64,000 nucleotides of DNA from Vulcanimicrobiota bacterium (lineage in GTDB: Bacteria; Vulcanimicrobiota; Vulcanimicrobiia; Eremiobacterales; Eremiobacteraceae). The stretch is taken from contig CAWETU010000001.1 in the NCBI GenBank assembly GCA_963812135.1, positions 2,272,001 through 2,336,000 on the forward strand. Reading direction: 5' to 3'. Of this stretch, positions 33,310 to 41,178 are shown piece by piece (the first letter of the stretch is position 1; every line of letters begins with the position of its first letter). The notes under the pieces are model-generated. The model saw nothing but the letters and a program-made list of their open reading frames with translations. It made no database searches and was not told where the DNA came from. The translations under genes were made by a program, and so were the position numbers.

Positions 33310-33329
33310 AAGTCTCCCACTCCGGTTAG
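33104..33329 (+). CDS. hicB: HicB-family antitoxin, frameshifted
   Basis: Near-identical protein to 28502-28717, split over two frames. Confidence 0.85.
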
Positions 33330-33339
33330 CGCCTTTTGG

Positions 33340-33888
33340 ATGTCAACCGTTCGCGAGATCACCGTGCCGGTCACCAAACCCGCGACCGAGTGGGTCAACG
33401 GGCGCGCGCTCCAAAAGGTGAGCCCTCGGGAAGAACATGGGCGGGTTCAGTAGTCCAAATTGGCGCCGCTTTGGTTGCGTGGGCCAACGAGACCGGCTCC
33501 GGGCGCGTGAGCATCGAGTGGGAATTCCGAGTGACGCCCCCAGGAGAGGCGACGCGGCCGCTCGTGCCTGATATCGCATTCCTATCATTCGACGGCCTGA
33601 GCTGCAAACTGGACGAGGCCGCGCAGATCCCGCGTATCGCGCCGGACGCAGCCATCGAGATAATCTCGCCCAGAGATCAACGGCGCGCCGTCGAGGAAAA
33701 GATCCGCGTCTATCTGGCCGCCGGCGCAAAACTGGTGCTGCTCGTCGATCCCGCTACCAAAGCTTTGTGGCGCATGACGCCAGACGCGGACGTTTTCGGC
33801 CACCCAGACGTTCAAACACGTGGCGCTACCGGGCTTCGCGGTTCCGGTTGCTTCCGTATTCGAAAAGATCAAACCGAAGGGCGCCTAG
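33340..33888 (+). CDS. Uma2-family endonuclease, frameshifted
   Basis: EWVNGRALQKVSP, PLVPDIAF, PDAAIEIISP, YLAAGAKLVLLVDP. Confidence 0.88.
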
Positions 33889-33894
33889 GCCAGC

Positions 33895-35292
33895 TCAAGC
33901 CGAAGCCGTGATGATTGCGGCTCGCTTATCGCCCTCAACGTAGATCGCGCGATTTGTCAGCGGGCTTGTCAGGAAGTCAAATGCCGCCCGGACGTCTTCG
34001 CGAGAGCAGCCGGTTTGCGCGCCTTGTTTCGCCAGCCAGCCGTCGACCAGCATCATGGCGGCATCTTCTGTGAGGAGAGGCGCCTCTTCGCGCGGGCTCT
34101 CCTTCGCCGCGAGAACCTGAGCTTTCCAGCCCTCTTCTAATAGTACGCTGGCGATGGTGCGGACTCGTTTGGCGCGACCGTGGCCCCGCTCCCACATGAT
34201 TTCGTCTAGCGCGTTGCTCGCGCGGCCCGGGCCGAAGAGCGGAATCATCTCGTAGGGATTGGTTTGCATCGTGAGCGCCCTGACCAGATCGGCGACCGTC
34301 CAGAGCGCGACTTTATGCGTTTGGAGTTCCGCGTCTAGGGTGCCCAGCTGTCCGAACTTTGGGCCGACGACGATGCAGTAGTCGGCTTTGTATTCATCTT
34401 TATGCTTGACCGCTTCGGTGACGAATTCGGTGCCGGGCACGAGTCCCTTCACCGAGGTCTTGCACTCGACGATCGAGCGGTAGGCTTTGGGGCCGAGCGG
34501 CGCGACGATGACGCCATCGGGATTCATCTCGCCGCCGATGTGCTTGGCGATATAGCCGAGCTGTTCGAACGCCTCGCAGACCGCCAACTCGAAGTCGGTT
34601 GGATTGGTGCCGGTCGAGGTCGCGGTGAGTTTGTCGATGACTTGTTTGACTTGCGCGCTTGGTTCTGGCGGTTCTGCGATGGGGATGTCGGGCCAGTCGT
34701 CGGGCGGCTGGTTGATGGTGAACGTCCGGTCGGTGGGGTTTTGGATGATGAGCGGTTTGCGGCCGTGGGCTTTGGTGCGTTCGATGTATTGGATGAGGTG
34801 GCCGTAGAGGTTCTTCCTCAAGGTCGTCTTGGGGAGCAGCCCCTTGGCGATGGCGATCTCGAGGATCTCTTCTGCCGTTCGCGGTTTGCCGTCGGCGAGG
34901 ATCTGTTGGACGATCGGGATGAGGTACGGCCGGCCGCGAGCCATGAGCTCGTATTGAGGCAACTCCTCGTCGTCGCTTGACCTCTCGTACTCGCCGAGCA
35001 GCCCTTCGTGGTCGGCTGCGAGCAGCAGGAAATCTTCCGGATCGTCCTCGTCGATGGTCCAGACGTTGAGAACCGCGATCTGCTCATCAGGGTCTTCAGT
35101 ATGCGCGAGCAAGCAGCTTTCGATGTTCTCTTCGGGAATCTCGCGGCGCTTTAGCACATTCGCGAACGGCGTCTTCATTTCGTCCGGAAGCTTCGACCAG
35201 GCTTTTTGTTTGACGTGAAGCTCGCGGCCGGAGGCAGCATCGAGAAGCAGGTATAGCCACTGGATCGCTTCGTCGCTCGTATCGGACGGCAT
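33895..35292 (-). CDS. HARE-HTH plus Mrr-like restriction endonuclease domain protein
   Basis: QQILADGKPRTAEEILEIAIAKGLL (HARE-HTH-like); FELAVCEAFEQLGY...PDGVI...IVECKT PD-(D/E)xK motif. Confidence 0.75.
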   Translation of the reverse strand: MPSDTSDEAIQWLYLLLDAASGRELHVKQKAWSKLPDEMKTPFANVLKRREIPEENIESCLLAHTEDPDEQIAVLNVWTIDEDDPEDFLLLAADHEGLLGEYERSSDDEELPQYELMARGRPYLIPIVQQILADGKPRTAEEILEIAIAKGLLPKTTLRKNLYGHLIQYIERTKAHGRKPLIIQNPTDRTFTINQPPDDWPDIPIAEPPEPSAQVKQVIDKLTATSTGTNPTDFELAVCEAFEQLGYIAKHIGGEMNPDGVIVAPLGPKAYRSIVECKTSVKGLVPGTEFVTEAVKHKDEYKADYCIVVGPKFGQLGTLDAELQTHKVALWTVADLVRALTMQTNPYEMIPLFGPGRASNALDEIMWERGHGRAKRVRTIASVLLEEGWKAQVLAAKESPREEAPLLTEDAAMMLVDGWLAKQGAQTGCSREDVRAAFDFLTSPLTNRAIYVEGDKRAAIITASA

Positions 35293-35464
35293 GGTGCCCT
35301 CACTTTCAACGATTCGTTCACGACTTGGCAACGCGCTGTCTAGCGGCGGATTTCGATAGCGCCGCACCAATCGGCTGCGCATACCTGTTCGAGGGATGAT
35401 GTTTTACCGCCGCGCTGGCGCGCCGAGCGCAGGGCTTTTTTGACCTCTGCGAGCAATCCAGCTT

Positions 35465-36073
35465 ATGCGACGCGTGCTTCTGCTTATCGCAATCGTGTGC
35501 TGTCTTCCAACCGCAGCGTACGCGCAGTGCGACAAGCACGGCTCGGCTCGCTGGCCGGTCAAGACCTCTGCTATATCGACCGCGAGCAACGCTGCGACCA
35601 TCCTAACGGCTGACGCGTTTGTCAACGCCCCGGATCTCGACATCCCTGCCTCCGCTGTCCCTGACGATCGCTTCATCGCGCAAGATGCGACGATCGGTGA
35701 CAAAGTTGTGCGCGAGGGCCAACTCGTTGAGATCACCGGATTCGTCAGCGATGTGCGTTGCGAGGAAAATGACGGCGACTACCATGGCGATTTTCGAGCT
35801 GATGGCAGCGGTGCGGGTCCGTGCGCTGAAGTCGAAGTGCCGTTCCCTGGCAACGTGGCTGGCCCGGCGACCAATGCGAGGGTCGCGGAAGCGCGGCAAG
35901 CTTTTGATCAATGGGTCGGCCAGAAGACCACTGTTCATGTGACATTGATCGGCCAGTTGTTCTATGACTCGACGCATCATTCCAGTACCGATCCCGGTGG
36001 CGGCCGTGGAGCGGGTCACTGCGCCGCCACGCTATGGGAGATTCACCCGGTCTTGAAAGTCTTCGTGAGGTAG
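35465..36073 (+). CDS. Secreted OB-fold-like protein
   Basis: Signal peptide; RWPVKT, DGDYH, GQLFYDSTH, LWEIHPV. Confidence 0.7.
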   Translation: MRRVLLLIAIVCCLPTAAYAQCDKHGSARWPVKTSAISTASNAATILTADAFVNAPDLDIPASAVPDDRFIAQDATIGDKVVREGQLVEITGFVSDVRCEENDGDYHGDFRADGSGAGPCAEVEVPFPGNVAGPATNARVAEARQAFDQWVGQKTTVHVTLIGQLFYDSTHHSSTDPGGGRGAGHCAATLWEIHPVLKVFVR

Positions 36074-36075
36074 AT

Positions 36076-38055
36076 ATGGATGCCAATGTTCAATCCCTGT
36101 CACCCTGTGACGTCGTCATGAAGGGCGGGATCACGAGCGGTGTTGTGTATCCAGCCTTGGTGGTGAAATTGGCCGAGAACTATCAGTTCAAGAGTATCGG
36201 GGGGACGTCGGCCGGCGCGATTGCTGCCGCCTGCGCTGCCGCCGCCGAGCACGGCCGCCAACACAACAACGCGAACGCCATCTCGGATCTCGATCAGCTT
36301 TCCAGCGACCTTGGAGCACCGGGATTCATCCTCGGTCTTTTCAAGCCGACCAACCAGACTCGACCGCTCTTCAATGTCGCAATCGCCGCGATCGGAAACG
36401 CCTGGCTCGGATTGAAGATCCTAAAAGCGATATGGGCCGCGATGCTCGGGTTCTGGCCCCTGACGTTGATCGGGCTAGCGCTCGATGCTCTCATCGGGTG
36501 GTGGTTGTGGAGTTCGGGCGTGCACGATCCGGTGGTGTGGGCGCTCGCAGTCGTCTCATGGCTGGTGGCGCTTGGGGTAGCTTGGGCCCTTGGCGTTTGG
36601 TGGTCTATCTCTCGGGCCGTTCCGAAAAACTACCTTGGGCTTTGCAACGGATCTGAGGCAAGCCCAACAAAGAATCCGCCGTTAACCGACTGGCTCGCGG
36701 CGAAGATCGACCATATCGCCGGCACAAACGATCCGCTCACCTTTGGCGATTTGTGGGGCAGGCCGCCGGCTCAAGCGCAAACCCCGACGAAATATTCTGA
36801 TCTGCAGCCATACTTCGATGAGCCAACTCAGTCACTCGACGAGATCCGGGGCGACGCCGAGGTCGACCTCCAGATGATGACGACCTGTGTGTCACTGGGG
36901 CGACCGTACCGGCTCCCATTTGCGCAGCGCGACTTCTATCTGGATCCCGCTGATGCGCGCGTGCTATTTCCAGAACCGGTCTACAAGTGGCTGCTCAAGT
37001 ACGCGGCGCAGCCAAGGAGCAAGTACGAGGCCATTCTGTATCGCGCGCTCTTGCCCAAGGTCCCGTTGCCGCTGGCCGCCTGTTTCCCGGTTGTTGTTGC
37101 GGCGCGTATGAGCCTGTCCTTTCCCGTGCTTCTCAGCGCCGTTCGGCTCTACCATATAGATTTTGGTCTCCAGGACAACAAAGACGCGACGGCCGCTATT
37201 AAGGCGCTTGTCGGAGACAAGACATTCGATCTCGACGCCGGTGATCCGGCGAATCAGTTGGTGGCTGTCAAGGAGAAGCTCTTAGCCAGGCCGTGCTGGT
37301 TTTCCGATGGAGGTCTCACGCATAACTTTCCCGTTCATTTCTTCGATCGTCCGCTTCCGAGTTGGCCCACGTTCGCGGTCGATCTTGAGGCCCTTCCCGA
37401 AGGACGGACGGAGCACGAAAACGACAATCAATCCACGTACGTCTGGCTTCCGAAAGGTAATCTGCAAGGCATCCAGCCGTTTTGGAACCGGATTGAAGAC
37501 CGCAACGGTCGCGCATCGTTCTACAATTTTTTTACGTCAATCATCGACACGATGATGAATTGGACCGACTCCACCCAAGCGGTGATGCCGGGTTATCGCG
37601 ACCGCATCGCCCACGTGGAGCTAGCCCAAAACGAGGGCGGTTTGAATCTCAACATGCAGCCCAAGGTGGTACAGAAGCTCATTGCTCGAGGCCGCGCGGC
37701 CGGCGTGCTCTTGCATGACGAGTTCGGCGCCGCGAGCGGTTCGCAACCTCACTGGCTCAATCATCGATGGGTACGTTACCGCAGCTTCATGGACATGTCC
37801 GAGCGCTTGCTGACGGCGTTTCATGCGGGGTACCCCGAGACGAGCACGCAGCCGACGTACCCAGCACTCATCGCGCGCGCGCAAGGCGCAGACCCGACGG
37901 GCTATCCCTGGGTGTACCCGGCACAATCCGAGTTTGCGATAACGACGACGAAGAATATCGATGATCTCGCAGGCGAGATCGCGTCGGCGGAAACCTCGTA
38001 CATGACAGGCGCGCCCCGTCCCCAAGGGGAGCTTGCAATGCGGCCAGTCCTATGA
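36076..38055 (+). CDS. Patatin-like phospholipase with internal TM helices (SuhR-like)
   Basis: KGGITSG, GGTSAG nucleophile, SDGG catalytic Asp, ARMSLSFP. Confidence 0.9.
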   Translation: MDANVQSLSPCDVVMKGGITSGVVYPALVVKLAENYQFKSIGGTSAGAIAAACAAAAEHGRQHNNANAISDLDQLSSDLGAPGFILGLFKPTNQTRPLFNVAIAAIGNAWLGLKILKAIWAAMLGFWPLTLIGLALDALIGWWLWSSGVHDPVVWALAVVSWLVALGVAWALGVWWSISRAVPKNYLGLCNGSEASPTKNPPLTDWLAAKIDHIAGTNDPLTFGDLWGRPPAQAQTPTKYSDLQPYFDEPTQSLDEIRGDAEVDLQMMTTCVSLGRPYRLPFAQRDFYLDPADARVLFPEPVYKWLLKYAAQPRSKYEAILYRALLPKVPLPLAACFPVVVAARMSLSFPVLLSAVRLYHIDFGLQDNKDATAAIKALVGDKTFDLDAGDPANQLVAVKEKLLARPCWFSDGGLTHNFPVHFFDRPLPSWPTFAVDLEALPEGRTEHENDNQSTYVWLPKGNLQGIQPFWNRIEDRNGRASFYNFFTSIIDTMMNWTDSTQAVMPGYRDRIAHVELAQNEGGLNLNMQPKVVQKLIARGRAAGVLLHDEFGAASGSQPHWLNHRWVRYRSFMDMSERLLTAFHAGYPETSTQPTYPALIARAQGADPTGYPWVYPAQSEFAITTTKNIDDLAGEIASAETSYMTGAPRPQGELAMRPVL

Positions 38056-38078
38056 TAGATCGAGTTCGACTTGGTGTG

Positions 38079-38185
38079 AGACGCGGACATTCACGGCGAC
38101 GCAGACGTTCACGCACGTGGCGCTGCCGAGCTTCGCGGTTCAGGTTGCTTCCATATTCGAAAAGACCAAGCCGAAGCACGCCTAA
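38079..38185 (+). pseudogene. 3'-end remnant of the Uma2 gene
   Basis: Ungapped 107-nt match to 33782-33888 with 16 mismatches by manual count; ends at the equivalent stop. Confidence 0.9.
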
Positions 38186-38258
38186 GATACTTACGGCGCC
38201 CGGCGGGACCCTCACGACCAACGACCGAACACTGCTTGCGGCACGAAGGAGAATACGC

Positions 38259-38846
38259 ATGAGAACGATCGTTTCGATGCTCGCGGTTTTCGCATTTGTG
38301 ACAGTTTTCATAGCGGCAATCGCGCAAGCCGCGGATGTCGTTTATCTTTCTGACCTACCTTTTAAGTCGTCCGGGTTAAAGGGTAACCCCAAGGGCGGTT
38401 ATTACGACGGGGTTCGCGTGAACAGCCACGAGACGATTATCACCAACTCAGGGACCCAAGCCAACCAGTGGGATCGGCCGACCCAGATCAACGGGCAAGA
38501 ATATGACAAGAGCGTGCTCTTCCACGTGGTCAAGGATGAAACCGTCACCGCGACGTGGTCGCTCAATCACAAGTTCACAAAGTTGACTGCGATGATCGGC
38601 CTGGACGATACGCAAGACATACCGGGTATCTACCCGCTGATCACGGTCAATTTCACCGGTGACGGCAAGGCGCTTGGCAGCGCCTCGATCCAATCGGTGT
38701 TTGGGAAACCGAATCCGACGCCGGCGGTCGACATCGATGTAACGGGTGTCAACTCACTGACGATTGCCATAACCTTCAAAGGCACCGGTGGCGGCACCAA
38801 CGTCGACATCGTCAATCCGGAATTGCAACCGGTCAGCGGGCAATAG
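38259..38846 (+). CDS. Secreted NPCBM/NEW2-like carbohydrate-binding protein
   Basis: Signal peptide; VYLSDL, INGQEYDKSV, LTAMIGLDD, FTGDGK, DIDVTGVNSLTI. Confidence 0.8.
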   Translation: MRTIVSMLAVFAFVTVFIAAIAQAADVVYLSDLPFKSSGLKGNPKGGYYDGVRVNSHETIITNSGTQANQWDRPTQINGQEYDKSVLFHVVKDETVTATWSLNHKFTKLTAMIGLDDTQDIPGIYPLITVNFTGDGKALGSASIQSVFGKPNPTPAVDIDVTGVNSLTIAITFKGTGGGTNVDIVNPELQPVSGQ

Positions 38847-38883
38847 CACTCAGTGATAGCAACCATCAGAAAGGAGGCTTGAA

Positions 38884-39270
38884 ATGCGGCGCCTACTCGT
38901 GGTCGTAATCGTCGCTGTTGCGGGAATCACGGTCTTGGGAGATCCACGACCAGCCGACGCGAACGTTAGCGCGACGGTCTCTGCGAATCCGCATGGCGTG
39001 TACCAGGCGCATTGTCCCTGGACGTTCACATTTCACGCTACCATCTCAGTCTCACAGGCTGGTCCGATTTCGTACCGTTGGATCCGAAGCGACGGTGCCC
39101 GAGGACCGATCATTAATAAAAACCCGTCGACAGCGGGCCACTTTGGTCAGATCGATACGTGGACGCTCGGCGGCCCTAAGGAGATTTTCAACGGTTGGGA
39201 GCAGGTCGAGTTCCTCTCCCCGTACCATGCCTATTCCAACCGGCAAGGTATCCATCTGAGCTGCCTGTAG
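38884..39270 (+). CDS. Small secreted Ig-like protein
   Basis: RBS GGAGG, signal peptide, CP...ISYRWIRSDGA. Confidence 0.75.
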   Translation: MRRLLVVVIVAVAGITVLGDPRPADANVSATVSANPHGVYQAHCPWTFTFHATISVSQAGPISYRWIRSDGARGPIINKNPSTAGHFGQIDTWTLGGPKEIFNGWEQVEFLSPYHAYSNRQGIHLSCL

Positions 39271-39290
39271 ATCATATCGAGGAGGTTGCC

Positions 39291-39980
39291 ATGAATCGAA
39301 GAGGCTGGATAGTGCTTTGTGGCCTCTCTTGCGCACTTGTCGTCATGTCCGCACAAAGTCTTGCCGCGACGAATCTCAACCCGGTTCCACTGGTAAAGCC
39401 GCCGCCCGTGGCTTCCCCGGCGTTGCTCGCGGCCTGGTCACATGTGAAATCCTACACCGGTAGCTTTTCGGCTGACATCGAAACGTCAGCAGCCGGCGGA
39501 TGGCATGAGCATTTCGCGGGAAGCTTGGTGCTCGCGCCTACGTGTCCGATGTGCGACACTCAGTTGTCGATCCCGGTGTGGACAGGAAGTGCCATGACCA
39601 CTCAGTCGGCCAGCGGGACCTGTGGAAGCGCGAATACGAGCGAGCGTACGGAAGTCGTGCTCTCGGTGAACCTCCCTGCCCAGACATACCAGCTTTCCTT
39701 CATTCCAAACCCTGGTAGCGTAGACTTAAGAGGCGGTAGCCCGAAGAAGTGCACCCAGCCCTTCCAATCGGTGTTCCCCGTAGCGTCATTTAGCATAAGA
39801 AACGCACCGCTCCCAGCGACCACCGCCGGCATCTGCGGTACGAAGTATATTTATCGGTCTGGAGCCGGGTATAATGAATCCGACACATTGCATTGGATTT
39901 TTGCGCCGAAGATGGACCCGCACGGGACGGTCAAAATGTACTGCCCAAGCACTGTAGACGGCGTGGCACCACTGAAATAA
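39291..39980 (+). CDS. Secreted hypothetical protein
   Basis: RBS GGAGG, signal peptide, paired Cys residues. Confidence 0.75.
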   Translation: MNRRGWIVLCGLSCALVVMSAQSLAATNLNPVPLVKPPPVASPALLAAWSHVKSYTGSFSADIETSAAGGWHEHFAGSLVLAPTCPMCDTQLSIPVWTGSAMTTQSASGTCGSANTSERTEVVLSVNLPAQTYQLSFIPNPGSVDLRGGSPKKCTQPFQSVFPVASFSIRNAPLPATTAGICGTKYIYRSGAGYNESDTLHWIFAPKMDPHGTVKMYCPSTVDGVAPLK

Positions 39981-39995
39981 GAGCGGGCTTCGCCC

Positions 39996-40480
39996 CTAAC
40001 AGCCAAGCGTGGTCAGGTCGCCGGTGATGCGCGCGATTGGTGAAACATCCCCGGCCGGGTTTGCCCCAAACGTGAGGATCGAGGCGCGCCGATCCACGCA
40101 GTTGAGCACGTACAGATGGTTGGCCGCATCGGTCGCCAGTTGTTCGACGGTCTGCGGCCGGTGTGCGGCCCGCCGAGATGGCATGCAGCGCGCCGCTCCC
40201 TTGATGATCGCGACACGCCCCCCCACAAACAGGCCCCCCCTTCCCTCCAGCCAAGGCCCCGGCTGCCCTTCCACCCCCCCCCCTCTAAAAGGCGGTTCCC
40301 CGGCCGAGAGCCCCCCCCCTTAGGGCGCCCTTAACCCCCCCCCCCCCCCCCCTCCCCCCCCCCCTTCCCCCGTAACCCCCCCCTCCCCCCCCCCCCCCCC
40401 AAAAACCTCTCTCTCCCCCTTCCCTCCCCCTTTTTACCTCTCCAGGCCCCCCCCCCCCCCCCCCTCCGGACTGCTTGCAT
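39996..40480 (-). pseudogene. NHL-repeat-like gene obscured by a low-complexity tract
   Basis: NHLYVLN...ILTFGANPAGDVSPIARITG resembles the repeats of 47824-48825; the middle is poly-C/G. Confidence 0.4.
40220..40465. other. Poly-C low-complexity tract, probable sequencing artefact
   Basis: Long irregular C runs interrupting a coding region. Confidence 0.7.
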
Positions 40481-40515
40481 TCGGCGGCCGGGCACCGGTC
40501 CGCGGTTATTCCGGC

Positions 40516-41034
40516 CTAGGGCGCCGACCAGTCATCCGAAAACGCCGACTTGCTGAGTTTATTCTCGATATCGATCTTTTGGAACGTGAACTTGATTCGT
40601 TCTTGCTCGTACGTATCGGACTGCGAGAGATGCTTGTACCCGAGCTGCCAACCTTGCTTCTCGCCGCCAAAGCCGACATAAAGATCGAACGGTGTCTTTA
40701 TCGGTCCGGTGAAGGCAAACGAGCAGTTCCCGAGCGTTCCGGCCGGCTGCATTTGCACCTCCCGGACGCTTCCGTCCCCCATCTTCACCTTGGCGAAATA
40801 CGAGTGACAGTCCGCGATGTTGTAGGGGTCTCCGCCCGCTTTGCGCATGTAATCCGGATTGTTTCCGCCGCCCGCTTTGCGCACGAACACCTCCGGACCG
40901 CCTAAGCCCTGGATAACGATTGCACCTTGCGCTGTGCTATGCACACCACAAGGCGCTGTGCATACCTTGACGGTCGCGGGGTTGACGGGGTTGACTGCGA
41001 GAGCTACGAGTGCAGTAGCGATAATTCCAAGCAT
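40516..41034 (-). CDS. Secreted protein carrying Hcp/TssD-like peptide motifs
   Basis: Signal peptide; RKAGG twice; C-terminus EQERIKFTFQKIDIENKLSKSAFSDDWSAP. Confidence 0.7.
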   Translation of the reverse strand: MLGIIATALVALAVNPVNPATVKVCTAPCGVHSTAQGAIVIQGLGGPEVFVRKAGGGNNPDYMRKAGGDPYNIADCHSYFAKVKMGDGSVREVQMQPAGTLGNCSFAFTGPIKTPFDLYVGFGGEKQGWQLGYKHLSQSDTYEQERIKFTFQKIDIENKLSKSAFSDDWSAP

Positions 41035-41178
41035 GTCAAAACACCTGGCCCTTCACCCTGCGTAACGCTTCGCAGGCCTGTATAGTTCCGCATTCGATGG
41101 GCAAAATGGAGGAAGTGGAGGGTGGCGAGAGGCGCAGAGACTAGCGGAACTGGCTCCCAGCGCGATTAAGACCCTGGC

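Noticed and set aside
38080..38113. 16-bp imperfect direct repeat as an operator for the secreted-protein cluster
   Set aside because: It lies inside the Uma2 3' remnant and a similar pattern is present in the parent gene.
40220..40465. Poly-C/G tract as a G-quadruplex or phase-variation element
   Set aside because: Irregular, overwrites an apparent NHL-like CDS and grades into normal sequence; more consistent with a base-calling artefact.
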